A stretch of 64,000 nt of DNA. It comes from an uncultured delta proteobacterium (GTDB lineage: Bacteria > Desulfobacterota > Binatia > UBA9968). Under the pieces are notes generated by a model. The model did no database searches and was not told where the DNA came from. It was given only the letters and a program-made list of their open reading frames with translations. The DNA lies in NCBI GenBank assembly GCA_963804165.1, contig CAWDPO010000042.1, positions 1 to 64,000 on the forward strand. The letters run 5' to 3'. This document shows positions 32,115-43,468 of this stretch, in pieces. Position 1 is the stretch's first letter; every line of letters starts with the position of its first letter. A program made the translations under genes and the position numbers.

Positions 32115-32477
32115 TCAATCGAAAATCAGCAACAGCCAGACTGTCGCCGCCAGGACGATCGAACAGAAAACCGCTGCTGACCCGAGATCCTTGGCGCGGC
32201 CGGAAAGTTCGTGATGCTCGCTGCCGATGCGGTCGACGACGGTCTCGATGGCGGAATTGATCAGCTCGACAAGCACCACTTGCAAACAACTGCCGATCAA
32301 GAGCGCCCTTTCGCCGCCGTTTGTTCCAATAACCCAGGCAATCGGTACGGCAACCAGGAGAATGTAAGACTCGTAGCGCAACGCGGGTTGCGTGCGCCAG
32401 CCCTCACTTAATCCCTTAAACGAGTACCGCATCGCATTGAGGATACGCTCGATCGGTGCGAAGTCGCCGCGCGCCAT
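32115..32477 (-). CDS. dgkA: diacylglycerol kinase
   Basis: YSFKGL, ELINSAIETVVDRIG, ELSGRAKDLGSAAV. Confidence 0.95.
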   Translation of the reverse strand: MARGDFAPIERILNAMRYSFKGLSEGWRTQPALRYESYILLVAVPIAWVIGTNGGERALLIGSCLQVVLVELINSAIETVVDRIGSEHHELSGRAKDLGSAAVFCSIVLAATVWLLLIFD

Positions 32478-32546
32478 ACAAAAACTGAAAGCTCAACGGC
32501 GCTTAACCGATGAGCCGCATCACGAGGTCTGAACCCGGTAGGTTCG

Positions 32547-34771
32547 TCATCGTCCCTTGAGCGCGTTCAATACTTTTTCAGCCGTGATCGGCAATGATTT
32601 AATCCGCACTCCGACCGCGTCCTCGACCGCGTTGGCGATGGCCGCCGCGGTGGGGATCAGCGCGGTCTCGCCGATGCTCATGCTGTTATACGGCCCGCTG
32701 CCGAAGTCGGACTGTAGTATGGCCGTTTTGAGCTCCGGGATATCCTGGATGTTCGGGATCTTGTACTCGCCGAGATTGGCAGCCAGCACTTTTCCACTTT
32801 CGTCATAGGCGAGATCCTCAATCACTCCATAACCCAGTCCCATGATGACCGCACCGTCGATCTGGCCTTGATGCGTCAGTGGGTTCAGGATCGTCCCCGT
32901 ATTGTGCGCCGTCGTGAGTTTCTTTACGCGCACTTCGCCGGTGTCCTCGTCGACCTCGACTTCGGCCACCTGCGCCACCAGCGAGGCTTCCGGCCCGTCG
33001 GCCATATTCATGTAGTGACCCTCGGCGATCAACGGCTTGCCGTTGGCCCGGGCGATGTCGGCGTAGGTCATGCGCCGCTCGGCGCGGCCGTGGGTCACCC
33101 CGCCATCGTACAAGATCAGCTCGCCCTCAGCTGCATTCATTACGCGGCCGGCAATTTTGAGAATTTCTTCACGCAACCTGCGCGCGCGCGTCGAGCGCCG
33201 AGTGACCGTGCACCCGCGTGCTGCTGCTGCCGCGCACGCCGGTGTCTTTAATGACCTCGGATGAGTCGAGCATCTCGACACGGATCGAATCGAGCGGCAC
33301 TTTGAGCTCTTCGCCGACGATCTGGCGCATCATGGTAAAAACCCCGGGGCCGGTGTCGGTCACCGCAGATGAGAGGGTGATCGCGCCTTCTTCGTCGACT
33401 TTGACGCGCACGTACGATTCGCCGCCTTTGGAAACCCAGTCCGCGATCGCGCAGCCGCGGCCGATGCTTTTCGTTTTGCTGCGGCGAAAACCCGATTCAT
33501 CCAAAGCTTTCATCAGTGTTTCGGTCGCTTTGACGTGCGGGATGACTTCACCCAAGCGGCGAGGTGTCGCCGTCATGCATCAAATTCATGCGGCGAAACT
33601 CGACGGGGTCGATTCCCAATTGCCGCGCCACTAGATCGGCTTGGCTTTCGCTGGCAAACATCGCCTGCAGATGACCCGGGGCGCGCATGTAACCGCACGG
33701 CATCTTATTGGTGTAAACGTATTTTTCTTCGACCAAACAATTGGGCACGCGGTAAGGACCCGGCGCGTCGTGGGCGCCGACGAGAAATCCCTGCGGCCGG
33801 TAGGCGCCATAGGCGCCGCTGTCGAAAATAAACTGCACGTGCTGAGCGATCAGGATGCCGTTTTTCTTCACGCCGGTCTTGACCTTGATCACCGCGCCAT
33901 GGCGCGGATTGCCCGCGATCAATTCCTCGGTGTAGTCAATGACCAGCTTGACCGGCCGGCCGCTTTTCTTCGCCAGGGCATAACAAAGTGCGACGTCATT
34001 GCCGTCGCCCTTACCGCCAAAGTCGCCGCCGACATAACAGGGATGAATGATCAGGCTCGTCGGCAGAACCTGTAAGGCATTGCCAACCTGATCGCGCATC
34101 CCGAACGGACTTTTGTTCGACGACCAGATTTCCGCCGTGCCGTCAGAGTTGACCCGCACGAGAGATGAATGCGGCTCGATATACGCCTGATGCACAGGGG
34201 GGACCGTAAAAGTATTTTCGACGACCACGTCGGATTGCCGGAAGCCTTCCTGCACTTCGCCCTTCTTCCAGTTGAGTTGGACAAACACGTTGCTCGGCGT
34301 CTCGATCTTGTGCAGCAATCCCTTGTATTCGGCGAGATTCGGATGGAGCAGAGGCGCTCCCGGTTCCATCGCGTCGAGCGGATCAGTGATGACCGGCAAG
34401 TCTTCGTACTCCACTTCGATTAAATCGACCGCTGCTTCTGCGATCGCTTCGCTCTCGGCTGCGACGGCGGCGATTTTTTCGCCGATGTAGCGCACCACGC
34501 CGTCGGCGAGGATCGGCATGTCGACGATCTTCTTGCCGATCTTGGCGCCGGCAAGATCCGCGCCGGTTAGAACGGCATTGACTCCCTGCAGCGCGATCGC
34601 TTTTGACGCATCGATTTTCTTGATTCGGCCGTGCGCGATAGGGCTGCGCAGCACCTTCGCCCAAAGCATATCCGGCAGCCTGACGTCGACTGCGTATATG
34701 GCGCCGCCGCCGACTTTTTGCTCGCCTTCCACTCGCGGACTCGGAATACCGACGCTACGCATCTCATTCAT
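32547..34771 (-). CDS. xanthine dehydrogenase family molybdopterin-binding subunit; indels near 33190 and 33575
   Basis: LRSPIAHGRI, HQAYIEPH, GGDFGGK, MRAPG, GQIDGAVIMGLG, LPITAEKV. Confidence 0.9.
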
Positions 34772-34960
34772 GTGAAATAACCTCGATGTTTTAGCGGGCT
34801 ACAATAAAACAAATCGCTACTTTTTCTTCGCTAACTTTCTTACGTCGTTACAAATTCTTACTTATTTTACCTTATACTTGTTTTCAAATCACATCTATGG
34901 TTTGTGGTAGTTACAACAAGCCAACATTCGTCGCAAGCAAATTTAAGGAGGATATATCTC

Positions 34961-35248
34961 GTGGACGACGTTAAGAGTCAGATGGAAGGCGTAACTCGCG
35001 TATACATCGAACTGGACAATAAAATCTCCGACAAAGGCGGCGTGCAAAATCTGTTTGGCATGAACCGCAAAATTCGCCAAGCGCTGGAGTCCATTAGCAT
35101 CGGCGAACTCGACTCCATGCTCGCGGAAATTCATCGCGCCAAAGAAGGATTGACCCGGCTACAGGAAGACGTCGTTGAGATCAGGGTTTTAAAAGAGGTC
35201 CTCTCCTCCCCGATGTCAAAACCGATCAACGGCCAATCCCGACCGTAG
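34961..35248 (+). CDS. hypothetical small helical protein
   Basis: TAAGGAGG RBS before GTG; AT-rich upstream region; 95 aa; no recognised family. Confidence 0.7.
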   Translation: MDDVKSQMEGVTRVYIELDNKISDKGGVQNLFGMNRKIRQALESISIGELDSMLAEIHRAKEGLTRLQEDVVEIRVLKEVLSSPMSKPINGQSRP

Positions 35249-35380
35249 ACCCACGCCAGAGCAGCTCACATTCCGTGCGGTGGATCGCCCCAACGTTGGG
35301 TGATCCGACTGCTTGTATTTGGCTGTGTCAAAATACTCACGGCCTACATCCATCCCGGTAGGCTGGCAGCGCTTTTGCCG

Positions 35381-38300
35381 TTAAAAACCGCCCGGTGAGC
35401 TTTGTTGCGGCGCCACTGGAAGCTGGAGTCGGCTGACCAGTTCTCCCAACGAACCCGCGCCGATAACACTGCCATTTTCATAGGCGATGGCTTGATTTGA
35501 ATACGGTGAGAGCCGCGCGCCAGGGGTGAGTATTCCTACCAAGTTGAGCGGGTCCGCCGATGAAACGATCACGGGTCCTGGGCGCGCGGCAATGCGCCGC
35601 AACCCGCGCAACTCCTCGACAGCTTGCGGCAAGGCAAACTGCTCGCCGACAAACCCATCGATGAAACGTCCGCCGCGGATTTCGCCGCGCGCTTCCAATC
35701 GCCGGTAAATACTCAGCAAATTGCGCCACGACGGCATGATGATTTCACGCGCGAGTAAATCGCGAAAGACGACTCCGTAACGCTGTAGCAATTGCCGCGC
35801 TCGCCGCTCCAAGATCGTGTCGCCGCTCACCCGCTGGTCTGCCGGCCCGTTTCGCCACAGCGACCAGCGACCCACGGGCATGAGTCGTTCGGGACTCCTG
35901 CCTCCGGAAATGATCCGAAGACTGCGCCGAGCGACTCTCTTGTGATCCGGCGTTAGGAGTACTCTCAGGCCGCCGATGCCATCGCCGGTCGCAAGTCCAT
36001 GCGCGACCAATTGCCACAGGGCTTGTTCTACTTTGACCTTCAGCAGGCCGGTGCCGCGGGCGACGTCGTCCAGAAACGACGCGCCATGCCGATCGAGATA
36101 TTGGGCGACTTCCACGGCCATCGGCGATAGCGTTTTAACTTCGTCAAAACGTAGCCCCGACGCTTCCAGGAAAGTATCAAGATCTTCACGCAACAGAAAT
36201 GAGATCGGCGCGTTTCGCCCCGGCGCCAGCAATCTCCGAGCGCGTCTCGAGGTGGCGGGTGGACGGGAGGGTTCCTCCACGGTAGCCGCGCCCCTTTGCA
36301 GCCGCCCCCACGCGATCACACCGGCAAGACATAACTGCTCGAGATCGGCGGGATCGTAATGTTCGATTCGCGCCGGCAAAACATGCTGTTCCCAGGCGGG
36401 CGCGGGCAATTCGAGTCCCTGCAACTGTTCGATCACGCGCAGTATGCCGTCCCGTCCGCGCAATTGTGTTGCCGGTGCGACATGCTGCCATCCGAGCAGA
36501 AATCTCATGAACTCTACCGCCGACACCGGCTCGATTTCTTTGCGCATGCGCCCGAGGGTCAACCGATGAATCCGCGCCAACAGAACTCTATCGCACCACT
36601 CCATCTCGCGGGACGCGGCGCCGGAAGGCGTGAATTCGCCACGCATCGCCACGCCGGCGCTTTCCAAAGCAATCAAGGCCGCCTCAATCTTGCTGGATGG
36701 AAGGGCCAAGCGCGCGGCGAGATTGGTGACGATGATCGGACCGCTGACCTCCAGCCATCCCTGGACAATCTTGCGAAACGCATCTTCCGCCGATGCAATC
36801 GTCTCATTGAAGCCGAGGGGCAGCTCCACCGGTGGATTAAGCGAGACATCGGTGATCACGAGACGGATTAGATCGCTGTGCTCGGCGGCAACGTAGGCAC
36901 GTCTCTCGATATTTTCGTCGTGCCAAGCGGCCACGCTGGCACGGCCGTTTTTAATTAATTCTTCAGCCAGCGGTAGCCAGTCCGAACGAAAATCCACCGG
37001 CAACAAACAGACGCCGAGCAACAGATCATGCAACTCGTCGGCGTTACGCACTTCGGGCCAAGCCTGTCTGCGCACTTCGTCGATCGCGGCTTGATCGAGC
37101 CGGCCGAACTCACGTCCTAACCAGGGATCGACCCGGCGCAGCGAAACCGCCCGCGCACGCCGTTCTTCCAGCGGCGCATCATCCAAGAAAGCGTACGGAT
37201 TGGCGTTGAGAATTTCATGCGCCATGGGCGACGGCGCGGGAGTGTCGATGGCGACAGTCTGGATCGCACCACTCTCGATACGCGCCAGGATCTCGGCCAA
37301 GCCGTCCATGTCCATAGCCTCGTGCAAACAATCACCGATGGTTTCTTTGACCAGGGGATGATCGGGTAGCTCCACCGGGCCGCTGCGATTGTCCTGGCAC
37401 ATCACTTGTTCGGGAAACACGGCCGCGAGCAAGTCCTCGGCGCGCATGCGCTGCAGCGCCACGGGAATTTTGCGGCCGCCGCTATGGCGCAGCACCGCCA
37501 GGGCGCGGCTCGCATTCCAGCGCCAGCGGTTGGTAAACATCGGCGAAACGAGCGCCGCCTGAGTCAAATTGGATTCGAGAATCGCCGGTTTCAACATCGA
37601 AAACACGTCGCTCAAAGGAAACGAATGCTGCTCGACCAGAGAAATGCAAATGCCGTCGTCGGTCGCCGCTGCCTGCAGCTCGCGGTCGAAGCTCACGCAA
37701 AAACGCTTGCGCAGCGCCAAGCCCCAGGCGCGATTGATGCGCCCACCCCAGGGTGAATGGAGAATCAACTGCATGCCGCCGGCCTCGTCGAAGAACCGCT
37801 CGGCAATGATTTTTTCCTGCGACGGCACGGTGCCGAGCGTCGCCACGGTATCGGCGACATAATTGACGATTTGCTCGGCGGCGCCCGGCGGCATGGAAAC
37901 TTCTTCGATCAGCCATTGCGCTGCTCTCGCTCGGTCCCTCAACTTAGCCGCGACGGCTTCGCGCAAATCGGCAACCGCTTTCGATAGTTCCAGTGTCCGG
38001 CCCGGCGCTTCGCCCATCCAGAACGGAATCGTCGGCGGCAGCCCTTGAGCGTCTTCAACATGAACTTTGCCAGAACCGACGCGGCGGATACGCCAGGACC
38101 GGTTACCGAGCAGAAAAATATCGCCCCCGAGACTCTCGATCGCGAAGTCTTCGTGGACCTTGCCGACGAAGGTTTCACTCGGAAACTCGATGACATCGTA
38201 GTCAGCGGTATCGGGAATCGCGCCGCCGTTGGTGATCGCCGTCAAGCGGGCGCCGCGACGGGCCCGCAGCACGCCGTGAATCCGATCGCGGTGAAGATAG

Positions 38301-39757
38301 GCGCTTCTGCGGCTGCGCCGGGTTTCCACGCCCTCGCTGAGGATTTCGAGCAGCTGTTCGTACTCTACCCGAGTGAGATCTCTGTATGGATATGCGGAAC
38401 GAGCCAGCTGCCATAACGCATCTTCCGTGATGCCGTCTGGCTCATGGCTGCGCTTCTTGCCGGCGACTCTTTCCGACGGTGTCATGCTCGCCACCGTCGC
38501 CACCATTTGCTGGGCCAAGACGTCGAGCGGTTTCTTGACGACCGCCAGCTTATCCAATTCTCCCTGGCGCACGGCGCGAATCGCCGCCACCGATTGCAAA
38601 AGATCGTCGCGGGTCAACGGATAGAGAATGCCTTTGGGAATCGCGCCGAGCCAGTGGCCCGACCTGCCGACGCGCTGCAGCAATACTGCCAAATTACGCG
38701 GCGAACCGATGTGACAGACGACGTCGACGTGGCCGATGTCAATGCCGAGCTCCAACGAAGCTGTCGCCACCACGACGGGGAATTGCCCGGACTTGAGTTT
38801 TCCTTCGACCTCGAGACGAGTCTTGCGCGACAAGCTGCCATGATGCGCCCCGACTTTGCCCTCGCCGAGCCGTTCGGTCAATTGGTGCGCCACCCGCTCG
38901 ACCAAACGGCGCGTGTTGACGAAAATCAAGCTCGTGTGGTGCGTCCGGATTTGCTCGACAATCTTGTCATAGACCGCCGCCCAAATATCCTGGCGAATGA
39001 TCGGGCCAAGCTCGTCATCGGGAATCTCGATGCGCAATTCCATCTCACGCTGATGACCGACGTCGACGACGGCGCAGTCGGGCGCGCCGTCCGTAGAGAT
39101 ATTGCGCGTGCCCACCAGCAGCCGCGCGATCTCTTCGATCGGCTTTTGTGTCGCGCTCAAGCCGATTCGTTGCATTCGACGTCCCGACAGTGCATCGAGC
39201 CGTTCCAGCGACAGCGCGAGATGCGCTCCTCGCTTGTCTTGCGCGATGGCGTGAATCTCATCGACGATCAGCGTCTCGGCAGTTTTCAGGAAGTCGCGGC
39301 TGCGCGCCGCCGTGAGCAGGATATAGAGCGATTCCGGCGTGGTGATCAGAATGTGCGGCGGCCGGCGCACCATCGATTGGCGTTCGTGCGCCGGCGTATC
39401 GCCGGAACGAACAGCCACGCGGATGGTCGGCAGGAGAATCCCTTCACGTCCGGCGAGCTGGTAAATTTCCGCTAGCGGCGCCTGTAGATTTTTGGCGATG
39501 TCGTTGCCCAGCGCCTTGAGCGGCGAAACGTAGACGACACTGGTTTGCTCATCGAGTCCGCCATCGAGCGCGCGCTTGATCAACCGGTCGATGGACCAGA
39601 GAAACGCCGCAAGCGTTTTGCCTGAGCCGGTCGGCGCCGCGATCAGCGTCGACTTGCCCGCGGCGATAGACTCCCAGCCTTGCGCTTGGGCCGGCGTCGC
39701 AACTTGAAAGCGCTCGGCAAACCAGCGTCGAACCAAAGGGTGAAAAGGTGTTTCCAA
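35381..39757 (-). CDS. lhr: Lhr family ATP-dependent helicase (full length, with C-terminal domain)
   Basis: APTGSGKT, DEIH, LSAT, HHGSLS, QRVGRSGH; C-terminal LLQRYGVVFR...GEIRGGRF..GFVGEQFA. Confidence 0.95.
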   Translation of the reverse strand: METPFHPLVRRWFAERFQVATPAQAQGWESIAAGKSTLIAAPTGSGKTLAAFLWSIDRLIKRALDGGLDEQTSVVYVSPLKALGNDIAKNLQAPLAEIYQLAGREGILLPTIRVAVRSGDTPAHERQSMVRRPPHILITTPESLYILLTAARSRDFLKTAETLIVDEIHAIAQDKRGAHLALSLERLDALSGRRMQRIGLSATQKPIEEIARLLVGTRNISTDGAPDCAVVDVGHQREMELRIEIPDDELGPIIRQDIWAAVYDKIVEQIRTHHTSLIFVNTRRLVERVAHQLTERLGEGKVGAHHGSLSRKTRLEVEGKLKSGQFPVVVATASLELGIDIGHVDVVCHIGSPRNLAVLLQRVGRSGHWLGAIPKGILYPLTRDDLLQSVAAIRAVRQGELDKLAVVKKPLDVLAQQMVATVASMTPSERVAGKKRSHEPDGITEDALWQLARSAYPYRDLTRVEYEQLLEILSEGVETRRSRRSAYLHRDRIHGVLRARRGARLTAITNGGAIPDTADYDVIEFPSETFVGKVHEDFAIESLGGDIFLLGNRSWRIRRVGSGKVHVEDAQGLPPTIPFWMGEAPGRTLELSKAVADLREAVAAKLRDRARAAQWLIEEVSMPPGAAEQIVNYVADTVATLGTVPSQEKIIAERFFDEAGGMQLILHSPWGGRINRAWGLALRKRFCVSFDRELQAAATDDGICISLVEQHSFPLSDVFSMLKPAILESNLTQAALVSPMFTNRWRWNASRALAVLRHSGGRKIPVALQRMRAEDLLAAVFPEQVMCQDNRSGPVELPDHPLVKETIGDCLHEAMDMDGLAEILARIESGAIQTVAIDTPAPSPMAHEILNANPYAFLDDAPLEERRARAVSLRRVDPWLGREFGRLDQAAIDEVRRQAWPEVRNADELHDLLLGVCLLPVDFRSDWLPLAEELIKNGRASVAAWHDENIERRAYVAAEHSDLIRLVITDVSLNPPVELPLGFNETIASAEDAFRKIVQGWLEVSGPIIVTNLAARLALPSSKIEAALIALESAGVAMRGEFTPSGAASREMEWCDRVLLARIHRLTLGRMRKEIEPVSAVEFMRFLLGWQHVAPATQLRGRDGILRVIEQLQGLELPAPAWEQHVLPARIEHYDPADLEQLCLAGVIAWGRLQRGAATVEEPSRPPATSRRARRLLAPGRNAPISFLLREDLDTFLEASGLRFDEVKTLSPMAVEVAQYLDRHGASFLDDVARGTGLLKVKVEQALWQLVAHGLATGDGIGGLRVLLTPDHKRVARRSLRIISGGRSPERLMPVGRWSLWRNGPADQRVSGDTILERRARQLLQRYGVVFRDLLAREIIMPSWRNLLSIYRRLEARGEIRGGRFIDGFVGEQFALPQAVEELRGLRRIAARPGPVIVSSADPLNLVGILTPGARLSPYSNQAIAYENGSVIGAGSLGELVSRLQLPVAPQQSSPGGF

Positions 39758-40030
39758 AGACCTTGCTCCGATGAAGCGGTGAAATCCAGCGTAAGCGGAA
39801 TATCAGAACGGGTCAACAGAGAAGCAGTGTACAACCGTCAACCGCGGGGCGCCCCCTCGCAGCTTGTGCGCGATCCGATCAATTGCCAACCGCCGATCCC
39901 ATCCTGGACCTACACGGATTTCATTCTTGCCGGGAGTTCGTCGTTTGCCGCCGCCGACACCCGCGGCTAAAAAAATGTAACGGCTACGTTCTGCAATCTC
40001 GTGCGAGAGGCAGCGGGAAATCGCCAAAGG

Positions 40031-40432
40031 CTATTTGGCGGATTTGGTCTCGGCTTTTGCGGGCGCCTTCGTTTCCGGCGCTTTGGTTTCCGGGGTCTTT
40101 GCTTCAGGGGCGAAACCGATGCCACGCTTTTGCAGCTCTTCCATCACCATCCTCGCGCCGGCATGGCCTTGATCCGCAAGTTGGCTGGTTTTTGTCACGA
40201 GGGTCTTAAATTGCAGCTGGACCTTTTGCGCTTCCTGAATCGCCGCCTCTTGATTGCTCTTGACCGCTGCCAGATTGCTTCGTTCGCTCGCGAATTGCAG
40301 CGTTTGAAACCCGAAGTGGAGGGTCAGTGCCAGAAGAGTCATGATCAACGGCAGATTCGAAACGGTTTTTTCCCCGGGAACCGCATCCTGCGTCTGCTCT
40401 TGTGCCGCGATGTTTTCGTTTTCGTCAGCCAT
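40031..40432 (-). CDS. hypothetical single-pass membrane coiled-coil protein
   Basis: TM LPLIMTLLALTLHFGF, Gln/Glu-rich helix, PETKA repeats in tail. Confidence 0.75.
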   Translation of the reverse strand: MADENENIAAQEQTQDAVPGEKTVSNLPLIMTLLALTLHFGFQTLQFASERSNLAAVKSNQEAAIQEAQKVQLQFKTLVTKTSQLADQGHAGARMVMEELQKRGIGFAPEAKTPETKAPETKAPAKAETKSAK

Positions 40433-40438
40433 GTGATC

Positions 40439-40726
40439 TCACTTTTTCGCCGGCGCGTTCTCCGGCGCGTTGCCGAGATTGACGCCGCTCTCGGCCAGGA
40501 TTTTCTTCAATTGCTCGTCATTCGTTTTCACGGCCAGGCTCGCGAGTACCGTGACCAGCTGGCGATTGAGAGTTTCGAGTTGAATGGTCTGGGCAATTTC
40601 CTGCTGGCGCTCGCTCAGTTCGGCTTGAATCGACTGATTGCCGAGGGAGATTAGGATATTGATGACGACCAATACGAGAATCAGCGACGACCAGAGGGTC
40701 AGGAAGATTTTGGCCTTTTTACTCAT
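40439..40726 (-). CDS. hypothetical single-pass membrane coiled-coil protein
   Basis: TM IFLTLWSSLILVLVVINILISL then QAELSERQQEI helix; 6-nt gap to the next gene. Confidence 0.75.
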   Translation of the reverse strand: MSKKAKIFLTLWSSLILVLVVINILISLGNQSIQAELSERQQEIAQTIQLETLNRQLVTVLASLAVKTNDEQLKKILAESGVNLGNAPENAPAKK

Positions 40727-40980
40727 AGATTGATGTCCGTCCTAGCTGGGTGCTTGCGTGTCGTGTAAGATTCGCCGCATGGCCGCTTGAAGGCCTGTCC
40801 TTTTATACAATAGTGCTGGAAGCATCGTGCCGCTGATGACCGGCACGCCGACCGTCAACACGTTCGAGGGAGGGATGGTCGCTCGCTTACCGTTCACCTC
40901 TGATCGATCAACCGACGCAAAACACCACCGCACCGTAAGCCAATCCTGCGCGTTGCCGCCCCACACAGAATCGAAGATTT

Positions 40981-41617
40981 CTAATAAATCAAACTGCCCA
41001 ACCGCTCCCAACGCACCCAGCGATCGATGCCGTCCCAGGACCAATAGATCAAAAAGGCTTTGCCGCGCACTTCGTTCAGATTGACAAAACCCCAAAAGCG
41101 GCTGTCGTAGCTGCGATCCCGATTATCTCCCATGACGAAGATATGGTTTTCCGGAACCACCTTTGGCCCATAATCGTCACCGTTTCCCGTCGCGCCCACT
41201 TGGGGATCGTAGACCCGCGAAATGGGCGTGCGAATCTTCGACCTGCTTGCCGTTGATGAAAACCTTCTTGCCGCGCACCTCGACGGTGTCGCCGGCGACA
41301 CCGATCACCCGTTTGATGAAATCTTTCGAGCGGTCTTCCGGGTAAATGAAGACGACCACATCGCCGCGCTGCCGGTGCGCAGTATTCGCACCAGATAGCG
41401 TTCTAAAAAAGGTATCCGCACGCCGTAGGAGAGTTTGTTGACCAGGATATGATCGCCGATCTGCCAAGGTCGGAATCATCGAACCCGACGGAATCTTAAA
41501 CGCCTGCACGATAAACGTGCGAATAAACAGCGCCAATACCAGCGCCATCAAGATCGCTTCCGCATATTCGCGAAACGTCGACTTTGTCTTCACCGTTGGC
41601 GAGCTGTCCCTCACCAT
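40981..41617 (-). CDS. lepB: signal peptidase I; indels
   Basis: QAFKIPSGSMIPTL, DFIKRVIG, MGDNRDRSYDSRFWG. Confidence 0.93.
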
Positions 41618-41667
41618 TTTGCTCTTTTACTTTATTCACCTTTTCCACGCCATTAGCAACCCCCGAG

Positions 41668-43468
41668 TTACACTTTGAGCGCCGCAAGAAAAGCTTCTTG
41701 GGGAATTTCCACTTTGCCGACTTGTTTCATGCGCTTCTTACCTTCTTTCTGGCTTTCCAGCAGTTTGCGTTTGCGCGTGATATCGCCGCCATAGCATTTC
41801 GCGGTCACGTTTTTGCGCAGCGCCTTCACCGACTCGCGGGAAATGATCCGGCTGCCGATAGCGGCCTGGATAACCACTTCGAAAAGCTGGCGCGGGATCA
41901 GCTCGCGCATTTTCTGCACCAAATCGCGGCCGCGGTAATAAGCTTTGTCGCGGTGCACGATCATCGACATGGCATCGACGACGTCGCCATTGATGCGCAC
42001 GTCGAGTTTGACCAGATCAGCCTCGCGATAGCCGGCCAGCTCGTAATCCATCGACGCATAACCGCGGCTCACCGATTTAAGCCTATCATAAAAATCGACG
42101 ACAATCTCGTTGAGCGGCAACTCATAGGCCAGCATCACCCGCTTCGGGCCCAGGTAGCGGATTTCTTTTTGCGTGCCGCGCTTCTCCTCGCAGAGTCTTA
42201 AGCACCGCGCCGAGAAATTCCTGTGGCAAGTGCATCGTCGCCTGGATCATCGGCTCTTCGATCCGCTCGATCTCCGCCTCGTTGGGCAGCTTGCACCGGA
42301 TTGTCGATCATGCAGACTTCGCCGGCGGTGGTCACCCGGTAAACCACCGTCGCCGCGGTGGTGATCAGGCTCAAGCTAAATTCGCGCTCGAGCCGCTCGC
42401 GCACGATGTCCATGTGCAGCAGGCCCAAAAAACCGCAGCGGAATCCGAAACCCAACGCCTGCGACGTTTCCGGCTCGATATGTAAACGACGAATCGTTGA
42501 GACGGAGTTTTTCCAGCGCGTCGCGCAACGCCTGATACTGTCCGACTCGGTCGGATAGAGACCGCTGAAAACCATCGGCTTCATCGGTTTGAAACCGGGC
42601 AGCGGCTTTGCTCGCGGGATGATCGTCCAGTCGTAATCGTATCGCCGATGCGCGTTTCGGAGACTTCTTTGATGCCGGCCATGATAAAGCCGACTTCGCC
42701 GGCGTTGAGTTCGGGGGTTTCCACCGGGCCCGGGCGAATAGACGCCGAGCCGGAGCACTTCAAAGCTCCGGCCGCTCGACATCATGCGAATCTTCGTGCC
42801 CTTTTGCACTGGGCCGTCGAACACCCGCGTCATCACCACGGCGCCATGATAGGGGTCAAACCAGCAATCGATGATCAATGCGCGCAAGGAGCGCGAAGCG
42901 TCGCCCTTGGGCGGCGGAAAGTGGTGCACGATCGCCTTCGAGGATATCTTCCGTGCCGATCGCCTTCTTTCGCGCTCGCGCAGGACCGCATTCGAAGCAT
43001 CGAGGCCGATGACATCTTCGATCTCGGCTTCTGACCCGTTCCGGCTCGGCGCTCGGCAAATCGATCTTGTTGATCACCGGCAGGATTTCGAGATTGTGAT
43101 CCAACGCCATGTGAACGTTGGCGACGGTCTGCGCTTCCACGCCCTGGGCGGCGTCGACCACCAGCAGCGCGCCTTCGCAGGCCGCCAAACTGCGCGACAC
43201 TTCATAGGTGAAATCGACATGGCCCGGCGTATCGATCAAGATTGAGCTTGTACTCTTTGCCGTCTTTGGCGCGATAGCGCAGGCAGACCGGGCTGGCCTT
43301 GATCGTGATGCCGCGCTCGCGTTCAAGGTCCATGCTGTCGAGAATCTGCTCGGTTCTTTCGCGCGCGCTGACCGCGCCGGTGAATTCCAGCAGCCGGTCC
43401 GCCAAAGTCGACTTGCCGTGATCGATGTGCGCGATGATGGAGAAATTTCTGATATGGTCGAGTTTCAT
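41668..43468 (-). CDS. lepA: translation elongation factor 4; many indels
   Basis: [55 protein letters not shown]. Confidence 0.95.

Noticed and set aside
38444-39475. Long antisense ORFs (e.g. 343 aa opposite lhr; others opposite sucC, sucD, gcvPB, Bug)
   Set aside because: Expected shadow ORFs of GC-rich coding strands; no motifs or RBS.
35381-39757. Lhr helicase as part of an anti-phage defence system
   Set aside because: Standard full-length Lhr with no neighbouring nuclease, methylase or other defence-type genes.
39760-40030. Possible small gene or ncRNA upstream of lhr (also 40742-40980)
   Set aside because: No convincing RBS-ORF or recognisable RNA motif by eye.
40040-40110. 15-bp tandem repeats
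   Set aside because: They encode the PETKA low-complexity tail; not CRISPR or a separate element.
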